A program made the position numbers and the translations under genes. Below are positions 41,374 through 54,511 of a DNA stretch of 64,000 nucleotides, piece by piece. This DNA comes from Octopus sinensis (taxonomy: Eukaryota). The first letter of the stretch is position 1, and every line of letters begins with the position of its first letter. Below the pieces are notes generated by a model. The model was not told the origin of the DNA. It did not search any database and saw only the letters and a list, made by a program, of their open reading frames with translations. The stretch is taken from positions 193,068,001 through 193,132,000 of the forward strand of contig NC_042998.1 in the NCBI RefSeq assembly GCF_006345805.1. Direction: 5' to 3'.

Positions 41374-42459
41374 AGACATATGTATATATATATATAATCA
41401 ATTAAAATCTAGAAGTGAGAAGCAAAAAAGGTTTAATTCTGTATGGTTACAACCGTTTCGTAATTCACTCTCAACTACATTAACAACTCTGAATCGAAAG
41501 TACATGCACAGTGTATACACTTCACATACACATTATATACATTAACGCATACATATATGTGCACACATACAATTGCATAGATATATGAAGATGCACCAAA
41601 GAAAACTACTTTTCTGAGCGTTCCCAAACAAGTACCAATTCCTCGTTTAAAATGTATATTCAAAAAGACAGCGCCTGATTTCGAATATCATGGAAGATAA
41701 AGCGTAATTTATTTTCGCGTGGTTCCATGTTTGCTATTCTTTATACTGCTAAAATATTCAAATATGCTCTGTTTCAAATATATTCAAACAATATAAATAA
41801 ATTTTGACGGCTCGATTTGTAGATCATAAATCCTGAATATTTCAGAAAGATAAAGAGATTTAAATGTAAAACAATGAAAGAAAATAATTCTCTATGTTAC
41901 ATACGTAGTATTTGAAGCTGTGTATAATATTAAAGAAACCGACTTTTAAATGTGAAATTCCAAGTGCATGGAATATACTGTATATACTGTACACACAAAA
42001 ACACGCACAAACACACGCATATACTATACACACACACACACATAAATACGGTGAATAATTTGGTTCTCATTTTCTGTTTTCTTCACTTTCTGAATGTAAT
42101 ATATGCGATAAAGTATAAGAAATTTGTATTTTTCCCAGTAATGTGTATACCAAGTTATACACACCATATGCGTATGAGGTATTTAAAGCACATACACATG
42201 TAGTGTGTAGAACTAGGTATACACATTAATGGGAAAACACACGTTCACTTTATCCTTTTTATTAGTACCACTTTTATAAGTATTCTATTACCCCGGCTCA
42301 TCTTTCGTTTCACACATTTACGTACGTATTTATTCGCCATAACGACTGTCATTTATACCTGCTCCTTCTCCACCTCAATGATTCTTTCTATTACAGTGTG
42401 TGTGTGTGTGTGTGTGTTATCCTTTCTTTTAGTCATTGCCTTCCACCTAGAACTCCTCC

Positions 42460-42678
42460 TAGAATCGTTAGCACCCCCGGCGAATAGCTTAGTGGTATTT
42501 CGTATGCCGCTACGTTCTGAGTTCAAATTCCGCTGAGGTCGACTTTGCTTTTCATCCTTTCGAGGTCGATGAATTAAGTACCAGTTAATCACTGAGGTCG
42601 ATATAATCGACTTAATCCGTTTGTCTGTCCTTGTTTGTCCCCTCTGTGTTTAGCCCCTTGTGGGTAGTACAGAAATAA
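42460..42678 (+). mobile_element. SINE family A, head truncated
   Basis: Family A body with A1 tail. Confidence 0.85.
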
Positions 42679-42682
42679 CTGA

Positions 42683-42900
42683 AGGCGGCGAGCTGGCAGA
42701 AACGTTAGCACGCCGGGTGAAATGCTTTGCGGTATTTCGTCTCCCATTACGTTCTGAGTTCAAATTCCGCCGAGGTCGACTTTGCTTTTTGATCCTTTCG
42801 GGGTCGATAAATTAAGTACCAGTTGCGTACTGGGGTCGATCTAATCGACTGGCACCTCCACCCAAATAATTTCGGGCCTTGTGCCTAGAGTAGAAAAGGA
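42683..42900 (+). mobile_element. SINE family A, A2 tail
   Basis: Has its own full head, directly after the previous copy. Confidence 0.88.
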
Positions 42901-42921
42901 TATCTTTGCATCTTCATTTTA

Positions 42922-42981
<60 letters not shown>

Positions 42982-43010
42982 ATATATTATATATATATTA
43001 TATATTATAT

Positions 43011-43061
<51 letters not shown>

Positions 43062-43475
43062 GTATATATATATATATATTATATATATGTATATATATAT
43101 GTATATATATATATGATGTAAAGTGTGAGTCGAAAAATCAATCAGCCAAGATACCAATCAACGGTTATATATCAAACTAGTTCACTCCAGGCCTCTAAAT
43201 TTGACGTTCATTTAATGTTTTGTTGTATGAACTTCAAGTTCTCTCCCTTGCTCGTTTTAAGATTATTTTCATTAACGCTTATGATTATCATACCAATTAA
43301 CATTATAATTATATGATTATGATTATTGTCACTCTGCACTTTATGTATGATTAGGTTTATTTTTTTTCTCTCCCTATACACACGTGCGCGCACTCACACA
43401 GAGAACACATACATATGCGTGTGCGTGGAGTGTTTATAAATGTATACGTATATATATATATAAAGATATACATAT

Positions 43476-43522
<47 letters not shown>

Positions 43523-43789
43523 AGAAAAATTCATCCCAAATGACAAAATATTTCTTAACAAAATACTTCTTAAGATTCTCATTTCATCTCCCAAAATAAT
43601 ATCAGTAGACTTGGGTCAACAAAGCAAGGTCAGAATATCTAATTTTACAATTACATTCTGTTATTCTGAATATTTATAGAACATAATCTCTGACCCCAGA
43701 GGATATCTCAACGATACACAGCTTATAAATTCAGTAACTGCCTCTGCCACTAATTCTCCTTTTCTTTTTAGACATATACTACCTGTGCC

Positions 43790-43845
43790 TGTTGCTCTCT
43801 CTCTTTCTCTCTTTCACCCCCTCTCTCTCTCTCTCTCTGTCTCAC

Positions 43846-43923
<78 letters not shown>

Positions 43924-44135
43924 ATATATATATATGTGTGTGTATATATATATATATGTATATATATTATGTATATATATAATATGTATATATATATATA
44001 TATGTATATATATAGATATATATATGTATAATATATATATATATTATATATATATGTATATATATATATATGTATAGATATATATATATGTATATATATA
44101 TATGTATATATATATATATGTATAGATATATATAT

Positions 44136-44210
<75 letters not shown>

Positions 44211-44284
44211 GTATGTATATATAATATATATATATGTTATATATATATATGTATATATATATGTATATATAATATATATATATG

Positions 44285-44344
<60 letters not shown>

Positions 44345-44376
44345 ATATATGTATGTATATATATATATATTGTATG

Positions 44377-44410
<34 letters not shown>

Positions 44411-44470
44411 TATATTATGTATATATATATATGTATGTATATATATATATATGTAATATATATATATATT
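43790..44470. repeat. (CT)n followed by long (TA)n microsatellite
   Basis: Directly visible. Similar tracts at 41190-41395 and 42922-43113. Confidence 0.95.
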
Positions 44471-45138
44471 TGTGTGAGCTTATATTTATATGTGTCTCTG
44501 TGTATATATGTAGTTATATGTCTGTGTTCGCCCTGCGTGTGATGTCTCATTATTCTCCATTTATGTTTGTTTTTCTTTTTTTCCCCTACATTTTGAACGT
44601 TCTAGAAGAAATATGTAAATATCCCATTTGGAAACTGGCCGACGTGATTTTGATTGGAAAACCGATATTTATTGTTTTATCGAAGAAAAGGTCAGGTTAT
44701 AGAGTTGTATCAATGTTGTTAGAGCAGCAGATATCGCCTTTCTGAGTTCAAATCACATTGTTTATGGCAATTGTCTTTAATCTCGGTGGAAAGCTTAGAA
44801 ATGCATCACAGGAAATTGTATGTATGAGAAATTTTTATTTTCTATACTAAATATAATTGTAATGACATGTTGCTTTTGGGTCTTCTACTACAGCCTCGAG
44901 CCGGCCAAACCGTTGTGAGTGGATTTGGTAGACGGAAACTGAAAGAAGCCCGTTGTATATATTTGAAAACTCCACCAGAATGGACGAAAGCGCTAATATA
45001 TGATATATGATATATGATGTATAAAAACATGTAACATACTAATAAATATCTGTAAATATAAAACCATCCGAATTTCTGAGTACCTCATTTCTTCTAATAT
45101 AAAATACCTGTACATCATCTCGAAATCTTCAAATATAT

Positions 45139-45169
<31 letters not shown>

Positions 45170-45170
<1 letters not shown>

Positions 45171-45445
45171 TTCTTTACTACCACAAAGGGGCTAAACATA
45201 GAGAGGACAAACAAGGACAGACAAACGGATTAAGTCGATTACATCGACCCCAGTGCGTCACTGGTACTTGATTTATCATATGTGTGTGTGTGTTTGTCCC
45301 CTCCCTCAACATTGCTCGACACCCGATATTGGTGTGTTTACTAGGCTTACAAAGAATAAGTCCTGGGGTTGATTTGTTCGACTAAAGGCGGTGCCCCAGC
45401 ATGGCCGCAGTGAAATGACTGAAACAAATAAAAGAATAAAAGAAT
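45170..45445. mobile_element. Adjacent partial SINE A (minus, 45170-45277) and SINE B 3' part (plus); SINE B 5' fragment upstream at ~44880-44960
   Basis: Fragments match the family consensuses. Confidence 0.75.
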
Positions 45446-45894
45446 ATAAAAAAAAAGTATTCAGTTATAAGAGGATGATAACATGGAAATAAATATAATT
45501 CCACAAATGCAAATACTTTGAAGTAAAGTAGATACTGTATCCACTGATATTTTAATTGTAGATTATAAGATTTATATTTATATTTATCATAAGATTTATA
45601 TTTATTTGGGGTAAAATATACCAGTGATGACTTACGGTGACAGCAATTTAATTATAGGAGATCTTTGGAAGATTTCGATACGTTCAGTTACCATGCGGAG
45701 GGAATAATTTAATTGGTTATTGTCTTTCGTTTGGGTTTAAGGAAGAGAGAGAAAGTGGTGCTACTCAACCAGTTAGCTTTGTTGGGTTTTTTTTTTTGTG
45801 TGTGTGTCTCTATGAGCGAAGGCATGGATGTGCAATTAATAATTTCAGGAAGAATTGCTCTTACAGATATGTAATATTATAACTAAGCAACATG

Positions 45895-46110
45895 AGGCGG
45901 CGAGCTGGCAGAAACGTTAGCACACCGGACGAAATGCTTAGCGGTATTTCGTCTGCTGTTACGTTCTGAGTTCAAATTCCGCCGAGGTCAACTTTGCCTT
46001 TCATCATTTCGGGATCGATAAATTAAATACCGCTCAAGTACTGGAGACGATGTCAACTACCCCGCCCCCTCGCATTTAAAATTTCAGGCATACGCCTAGA
46101 GTAGAAAGGA
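45895..46110 (+). mobile_element. SINE family A, A2 tail
   Basis: TSD ATAACT(A/G)AGCAACAT. Confidence 0.88.
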
Positions 46111-46683
46111 TCATAACTGAGCAACATCAATTTCGCCAAAAGGGCTTCTGAATACGAAATCAGATTTTTCCTATTAAGCTTAGATTTCTTTAGCGCTATG
46201 TTAATATATTTTTACCACATTAGCATATTCACCTGATAAAAGTTAATTATCATAATTAAAGATTTTAATATTAATACATATGCTGTATTAATTTTTATGT
46301 CAAATTAGTATGATTTATTGCTTTAGGACGATAGTTCTGACAATGCTGGCATAAATTTGATCATCGTGGCATACTGCGCTATTTGAACATAGTTTAGACC
46401 TGCTTATACATGAGTCCAGTGTCTCTGCTTGGAGCAGTTTCGCATCAGTCTGCTTCTAAATAATACATTGTATACAAGCAATTGTATATGGCTCCTTGGT
46501 TTAATATCAGTGATATGTTTATCTAGATGTTTTGTCATACTACGGAACTGTTTCACTCATCCTAATTCCTTTCATTAATCTTTTAAATCCCAGAGAAGCA
46601 ACTTTTCACTATTAGTAGAAAAATAAAATGTTTCAAATTTTAATTCAAATGTAAACTTGGCAATCAAAAACATGAGCCTGGTT

Positions 46684-46868
46684 ATCCTTTACTCTTTTAC
46701 TTGTTTTAGTCACGTGACTGTGGCCATGCTGGAGCACCGCCTTTAGTCGAGCAAATCGACCCCAGGACTTATTCTTTGTAAGCCTAGTACTTACGGGGAC
46801 GTAAACACACCAGCATCGGTTGACAAGTGATGTTGGGGAGACAAACAGACACACAAACACATACACAC

Positions 46869-46939
<71 letters not shown>

Positions 46940-47033
46940 ACGACGGACTTCTTTCAGTTTCCCTCTACCAAATCCACTCACAAGGCTTTGGTTGGCCCGA
47001 GGCTATAGTAGAAGACACTTGCCCAAGGTGCCA
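46684..47033 (-). mobile_element. SINE family B, head truncated
   Basis: Consensus match with an internal deletion. Confidence 0.85.
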
Positions 47034-47786
47034 TATTTGTTGTATAACTTGTTAACAGGATGGCTAAACATGTTAACATTACTTGTTAACAGGATAGCTA
47101 AATGGTTAACAGGGCGTATGACTGTTAACAGGATGGCTAAACGGTTCAAATCACAAGTCATGTGATATTCGAAAGGAACCCGAAAAACAACATATCACGG
47201 TTATTTCTAACGTGAGAGTACTAAAGAGAATACTTAAAAAACAAAGAGCCTTGTGAGTGGATTTGGTAGACGGAAATTGAAAGAAGCCCGTCGTATATAT
47301 GTATATATAAACCAAAATTCCTTCCGTTCTCCAACCCCAGTAGATAATCATCCTGAGCTTTCAGTAACGAAGAATATAAACTGGACCTTATGTTCCAAAT
47401 AAAAAGATAACAACAAATAAAATGATGGAAACATTCTTGTCCTAACTTAACAGGCTTCCTGCTCCTTCATTGAAACATTACTGTCAGAAAAAGATCTAAA
47501 TTATCTTTTTTCGTGGCATGAATTTAATTGAGGAACAGACTGAACTCTAGGTTGAACATTGCGATTTTAGTATCTTCTAAAACGTGATTCAGATTTGAGT
47601 ATTTCCCATAACTGCCATGCTGAATAGCTCTTCCACGAAGATAGATTATTGCTAAGTAAAATTGTGAATTCACACATACGGCTCTTGGTCATAAAAATAA
47701 CGCGGATAAATGTCAATAGTTCACTGGGATTTGAAACGTTAACCTGAAAGAAGTTCTTCATATTGGAAATATATTCCGTTCCATAC

Positions 47787-48019
47787 CTATTTCTTTACTA
47801 CCCACAAGGGGCTAAACATAGAGGGGACAAACAAGTTCAGACAAACGGATTAAATCGAGTATATCGACCCCAGTGCGTAACTGGTACTTATTTAATCGAC
47901 CCCGAAAGGATGAAAGGCAAAGTCGACCTCGGCGGAATTTGAACTCAGAACATAGCGGCAGATGAAATACCGCCAAGCATTTCGCCCGGCGTGCTAACGT
48001 TTCTGCCAGCTCGCCGCCT
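47787..48019 (-). mobile_element. SINE family A monomer
   Basis: TSD ATTCCGTTC(C/T)ATACCT. Confidence 0.9.
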
Positions 48020-48235
48020 TATTCCGTTCTATACCTGTTACACATATTTCAACTCTGAGAGAGGGATATGATGACATGTACTTGCCTTTAAAAACAGGTT
48101 CAGTTTCAGAAATATACGTGGAATATCTGTCCATATCTGAAGGTTATAGCAATTTTGATAGGATTATAGTAAGATTATACTAAGTACCATCACTTTTTAT
48201 GTGAGATACTTAGGACAAGCAAAATCATAATCGTT

Positions 48236-48422
48236 ACTCTTTTACTTGTTTCAGTCATTTGCCTGTGGCTATGCTGGAGCACCGTTTTTTGTCGAGCAAA
48301 TCGACCCCAGGACTTATTCTTTGTAAGCCTAGTACTTATGCTATCGGTCTCTTTTGCCGAACCACTAAGTTACCCAGCATCGGTTGTCAAGTGATGTTGG
48401 GGGACAATCACAGACACACAAA

Positions 48423-48463
<41 letters not shown>

Positions 48464-48695
48464 AAACACACGCACACACACACATACACACGCACACACA
48501 CACATATATATATGCATATATACATATATACGACGGGCTTCTTTCAGTTTCCGTCTACCAAATCCACTCACAAGGCTTTGGTCGGCCCGAGGCTATAGTA
48601 GAAGACACTTGCCCAAGGTGCCACGCAGTGGTACTGAACCCGGAACCACGTGGTTTCTAAGCAAGCTACTTACCACAACAACCACTCCTACGCCT
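48236..48695 (-). mobile_element. SINE family B with expanded internal (CA)n
   Basis: Consensus match. Confidence 0.9.
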
Positions 48696-48759
48696 AGAAG
48701 AATTCTTTTATATAAATGTCACTTGTTCCAGGTAAAATCAAAATCGATTGAACGATACA

Positions 48760-49215
48760 TTTGTTGGCTTTGAGAAAGTGTTCCTTTGCACAAATGGAAC
48801 TTCTATCAAAAGTTCTTTAAGTAATGGACAAAGCTCAATTAGGTTTCAAATATTTAAGAAATAAGTTTCCCCAAATCAGCGATGCCAATTTTAATGGAGG
48901 AAGTTTTGAAGGATATCAGATTAGTGAATTACTTCAAGTAAGAGATTTGAAGAAGATTTGAATAAATTCAACAAAGTCGAGAGGGCAAAGCAGAATGTCT
49001 GTGCAAATATTTTGGGAAGCATTTTACTGAAATAATACATGATCTTAAGTCTTACAAAAGACTAAGGAACAATACGCCATTTACAAGTTCATTTTTAAAA
49101 AATCTCTTTTGGAAAATTTCCGGAAAAAACTAGGTGCGGTAAGCGAAGGACATTCTGCGCGTTTTCATCAGGATATTAAATACTATAGAAAAGTGTTACC
49201 AAGGCAACTGGTTTC
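48760..49215 (+). pseudogene. Decayed DNA transposase, probably CMC/Chapaev-3-like
   Basis: Remnants GFKYLRNKFPQISDA, LGAVSEGHSARFHQDIK and YQGNW resemble the GAVSDEHGERFHQDI motif. Superfamily assignment is from recall. Confidence 0.6.
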
Positions 49216-51040
49216 TGACAACTCCTACATACTTGAATCTGTCACACCTTTTGAACGTATTTCAATAACTATGTAAATATATGATTCTTCAAAAATTAAT
49301 TATGTGCCATTCAAATACCTCACTTGGATTGTGCACAATGCTATAAGAATACTAAATACTAAATAAATTTTAAGAAACATGAATCTAAGATAGAGCAATA
49401 ATATAAATATTGTGATATCCAAAACAAACAAAAAGTAAGTCATGTCATGCAGTGCACACATCCCACTCATGTATATATGTTCTTTTCTATTTTTAAATAT
49501 TTGAAGTCTTCCTGTAAAGAAGGAACTGGTTTTTAACAAAAATACAAAAAAACTCCATCGTTGAAATGCAGATGACAAAATGAAATCCACAATATGAACT
49601 TGAGAAATATCTTGCGCAAATTTATTGTTCGGATTACAGATTGCATCTGTAATGTGAATGTTAGCTACTTAATTCTTCTTATAGAAAATCCTTACTTTCC
49701 GAGATTGTCACTTAGGCTTTTATTCACGAAGCCAAGTGCACCAATTATTAATGTTATAAATGTGAATTTTTAACATCAATAAAGAAGCTGATGTTTTCGA
49801 AGTAGCTGTCCATAATTATCCTCTTTCTATTTGATTTTTAAAAGATATTAACACCTTCAGGGTCGCTGACCTGTGTGACGGTACAAGCTATTAGGTATTT
49901 TGCAGCTACCTCCTGCTATTGGAATGGAAATACATAGCCTTCGAAATACTAGATGATGTAGTGGTCACGAGTTCAAGAAGGCTGCATTTTATGTGGCTAT
50001 TAATCACATCTTGAAGTCTTCGGAAAACATACCCATGTGTATTCGTCTTTTGTTATGATGAGCGCTTCACATCCAGGTCGTCTTTGAAATATGTAAGTTC
50101 AGCTGTTTTAAGGTTGAATGTGAGGTCGTCAGGATCAGAGTACTTCCTGAAGAGTTTACTGCCAATGCATAGAATGTTCTTATCTTCACGCTGTATGTAT
50201 GTATATCGGTTGGAGAAGCAAAAATTCTGAGAAACATATAGATGTCCCGGAAAATTTACCACGGGATAAATATATGCTTATTTTCTTTACTTGAAGGTTA
50301 AGTGAGAATTATCTTTCCTTTTATTTAGTTTGTATAGACATCGGTCTATATTTATTCCTTTATCTGACCAAAATAAGTTTAAAAAATTTTTTTCTGCTAC
50401 AGATGAGAATAATTTGGGTGATATGTTATCTCATTCTTTGACTCCCTTAATACTTTTGATAGTAATTGCTTTGTTGTAATTCTACAGTTAGCGTACACAT
50501 TCTCTAATAACTTCACGTAGTTTCCTTCGATTCCCTTTTCTTCTACTGCTATTAGTATATCATCAATTCCACGAAATCAAAAGGTTTTTTTCACTATCTA
50601 CAAATATTAAGCATGATGGTATGTTATAAGTTTGGCATTTCTCCCTCAGTTGGGTTGTAGCATGAATGTGGTCTATTGTGCTGTACTTTTTTTTCTAAAC
50701 GCTGCCTGTTCTGCTGTAGTGTTCTCATCTAGGTTTCTCTCAACGGTTATTAACCACTGACAAACTCTCACAGTTTCCATCTACCAAATTTCAAACACAA
50801 AGCTTTGATCGAATTGAAGACATGATGAGAGAACACTTACCAAAGTAACTACTGCGCAATGGGATCGAACCCGAACCCAGAAAATTGCGAAGCTACTGTT
50901 TCAATCACACATCCATGCCTTATGTATACGGCCTTAAATTTTTCAACCGTAATGTATCAGTTTTTAACCATTATGTATATAAAGATGAAAAGCAAAATTG
51001 TCCTCGACAGAATTTAATTTTAGACAGACATTAACTAGAG

Positions 51041-51206
51041 AGGCGCAGGAGTGGCTGTGTGGTAAGTAGCTTGCTTACCAACCACATGGTTCCGGGTTCA
51101 GTCCCACTGCGTGGCACCTTGGGCAAGTGTCTTCTACTATAGCCTCGGGCCAACCAAAGCCTTGTGAGTGGATTTGGTAGACGGAAACTGAAAGAAGCCC
51201 GTCGTA

Positions 51207-51237
<31 letters not shown>

Positions 51238-51472
51238 GAGTGTGTTTGTGTGTCTGTGTTTGTCCCCCTAGCATTGTTTGACAACCGATGCTGGTGTGTT
51301 TACGTCCCTGTCACTTAGCGGTTCGGCAAAAGAGACCGATAGAATAAGTACTGGGCTTACAAAAGAATAAGTCCCGGGGTCGATTTGCTCGACTAAAAGG
51401 CGGTGCTCCAGCATGGCCGCAGTCAAATAACTGAAACAAATAAAAGAGTAAAAGAGTAAAAAGAGTAAAGAG
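51041..51472 (+). mobile_element. SINE family B, full length
   Basis: Full head, internal (TA)n and repeated GAGTAAAA tail. Confidence 0.92.
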
Positions 51473-51491
51473 AGATACTGCAACGAATTTT

Positions 51492-51698
51492 TGAGGGCTT
51501 GCAGTCGGCAGGTGGATGTCTCCGGGACCGTTCGGCAGGATGCCCGAGACGTTAGTCTAAGACGACGTCAGCCCGGCGGGTGGCCGCCGCCTTCGCGCCG
51601 CCTCGCTTTCTCCGCTAGTCCACGCGCAGCGGGGCCGTTGGCGGCAGGCCTGCGCCTGTCGCCCGTTCCTCCGCCGCCGCGCTACCGTGCCCGAAATC
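51492..51698. other. Unidentified GC-rich insert flanked by an 11-bp direct repeat
   Basis: About 147 of 207 bases are G+C. CAACGAATTTT at 51481-51491 and 51699-51709. Confidence 0.8.
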
Positions 51699-52241
51699 CA
51701 ACGAATTTTCACTGAAGCTTTACCAATTCCGATTCTGCTATTTCTCGGCGTTCTTTACTCACCCACATTAACGAAACTTTTGTTCCAATTTAACGATCTA
51801 TTTTATTTGCATATTACATAATCGTTTCCTGGAAATTAAAGCACAAATCAAACATTTACAGTAAATTTTATTACAGTATTCCCCTCACCCGACTCTCATT
51901 TAATCATCTCCAGTGTTTGACATGTCTTCCACAAGTCGAACAGAACGTTTTTCCTATTGCGCATGCTCAGTTTTTAAATAGCTTTAAACGGTAATGAATG
52001 TTCGTTGTTGACTAATATCGTCTGTTTTATTTTTGGCAATATTCTCCTTACTAAAGAACATTCTATGATATAATTACTCGGTAAGCAGAACAGAACTAGA
52101 AACCAATAAAAAAGTATAATCTTCTTAGCTATTAACCCATTGGCATATTCCTATAATCTCTCGTTTTCTCTTTTTCTCTATTTCCTTTTCCCTCCTCTTT
52201 CTCTCTCACCACACACAGATACCCATACACACGTTCGCAAA

Positions 52242-52277
<36 letters not shown>

Positions 52278-52289
52278 TAGACACATAGA

Positions 52290-52308
52290 GATAGATAGAC
52301 AGTCAGAC

Positions 52309-52367
<59 letters not shown>

Positions 52368-52508
52368 CAGACAGATAGATGGATAGATAGACGGATAGAT
52401 AGACAGATAGATGGATAGATAGACGGATAGATGGATAGATAGACAGATAGATAGACAGACTGACAGATAGATAGACAGACTGACAGATAAACAGACAGAC
52501 ATATAGAC

Positions 52509-52569
<61 letters not shown>
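52290..52569. repeat. (GATA)/(GACA) tetranucleotide repeat
   Basis: Directly visible. Confidence 0.95.
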
Positions 52570-53039
52570 TTAAAATCATGATTTAACGGATTTCGGCTAT
52601 AACGGACAGTTTTTTTCTTTTTAGAGACAGTGAATGAGACAAAGTGGATGGAGTTGGCGGGAGGAAGTGCAAAATAGAAGTAAGCAGAAGCAATAACAAT
52701 GAGAAACAGAGAAATCCAGCAGAACTGAATTGAATGGTAAAATTTGTCGAAGGATGACTGGGATAAAAGCGAGAAAGAACGAGTTTTGGCGTGAATGTAG
52801 CACATTTCAGAGGGGAAAAGAAAGAGTCAGAGAATGGAAAGTGGAGTTGAGAGAAGCGTTGGTGAGTTATGAATGGAAAGAGGGCAGCCTTTATTAATAA
52901 CTAGCATTTATTATTTATTATTAATGCTAGTGCATGCATATACAGCTGCGTGCGTGTACACATACACGCGAGTACTGTCCAAATCTCTGACCAATAACAT
53001 ACAGCTAGCTGGCATTCAATTGGCGTATCAAGTTTCAGG

Positions 53040-53255
53040 CATTTTGATTGGGTTTTGGATAGAAAATTCACAAAAAAGTCACTTCTATTGATTTTTTAAT
53101 GACTTTGCCTTGTGACTGAGGAAATGTAAAGTTGGCACGACCACCCTTGGATGGTTATGAATGACCATAGAAAGTGCGAGCCCTCTAACTGAAAAATTGT
53201 GGATTTGTATAAAGGACACACACACAGACAGACATTTTGCCGTTTATATATATAG
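53040..53255. mobile_element. Possible non-autonomous Helitron/Helentron-like end
   Basis: Ends ACACACAGACAGACATTTTGCCGTTTATATATATAG, similar to microsatellite-bearing Helitron-like elements. Recalled resemblance only. Confidence 0.3.
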
Positions 53256-53520
53256 TGATGTATCAGTTTTACTCTATCAAGCTGAAGTTGCTTTCACTTT
53301 GACAGACGGCTTGTTTTTCATCGGGGGATGCTGTTATTGAATTGCATTTATCTTGTTTCTGAATTATTTTCAGAGTTGTAGAATTATCTTAGAAGTACCC
53401 ATGGATAAATTATCTATTGTGTCCTTCATTATTTTATGGTGGCACGTTGATTTAAAGGAGAAGTTGCTGCTGTTTTTAGCATGTTGAGTTGCAAAGAAGG
53501 GGCACCCTGTTCTACTTTCT

Positions 53521-53911
53521 TATTTCTTTATTGCCCACAAAGGGCTACAAACAAGGATCTAGTCGATTATATCGACCCCAGTGCGTAACTGGTACGTATT
53601 TAATCGACCCCTAAAGGATGAAAAGCAAAGTCGACCACGGCGAAATTTGAACTCAGAACGTTGCGGCAGATGAAATACCTATTTCTTTACTACCCACAAG
53701 GGGCTAAACATAGAGTGGACAAACAAGGACAGACATAGGTATTAAGTCGATTACATCAACCCCAGTGCGTAACTGTTACTTTATTTATCGACCCCGAAAG
53801 GATGAAAGGCAAAGTCGACCTCGGCGGAATTTGAACTCAGGACGTAAAGACAGACGAAATACCGCTAAACATTTCGCCCGACGTGCTAACGATTCTGCCA
53901 GCTCGCCGCCT
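53521..53911 (-). mobile_element. SINE family A dimer
   Basis: Junction GAAATAC|CTATTTC at 53678/9. TSD TTCTACTTTCT. Confidence 0.9.
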
Positions 53912-53968
53912 TTCTACTTTCTATTTAACTTCTCAGTAGTGAGAATTGGAAAGTGGGAAACGTGTGTG

Positions 53969-54009
<41 letters not shown>

Positions 54010-54012
54010 GTG

Positions 54013-54043
<31 letters not shown>

Positions 54044-54511
54044 TTGCGCGCTCACGCGCACCAACGTTATTGTGTCCTATTTCTTTAGGGTAGCTTGTGA
54101 TAGACTCACTTCGAACCTAAAATCTATCCCAGACTTAGGCTTATAGAGTATTTCTATTATTTCTGAATTATTACTTCAGTTTTTTGAAACGTTAGAATCC
54201 TTACAATTTAAAATAGCATTACGTAACAGAGAAACTAAATGAAAGCTTAATGCCAACTTAAATGCGACATAGATATTAAAGATTATTGATAAATTAGAAC
54301 AATGCGTCGATTTGCATGTGTTTAGAGAAATTTATGACGTTATAAAACAGTTTACGACAAACGCCTACCAAATGCTAAATTGGAACGGTTTTCTTTGAAA
54401 CAAGCATTAAATGTGACTCTACAAGTGTAGTACGAAACACAGAAAAACTGGTCTCCATAAAAACATAGATGCTATGTTTAAGTGGTATGCTCAGCTGTGA
54501 TCTAGTGGATA

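Noticed and set aside
47047-47142. Three TGTTAACAGGAT(G/A)GCTAAA repeats with short spacers, superficially CRISPR-like
   Set aside because: Spacers are only ~15-20 bp and partly derived from the repeat. No cas genes, eukaryotic context. An ordinary minisatellite.
50053-50262. 69-aa ORF with a GRAM-like look (GHLYVSQNFCFS)
   Set aside because: The similarity is too short. The remainder looks more like a decayed LINE C-terminus (G.KLF...FK..LD), and no exon chain supports it.
51491-51715. GC-rich segment as a CpG-island promoter or 74-aa CDS
   Set aside because: It is precisely bounded by a direct repeat, which indicates an insertion. The ORF has a non-ATG start and no recognisable motif.
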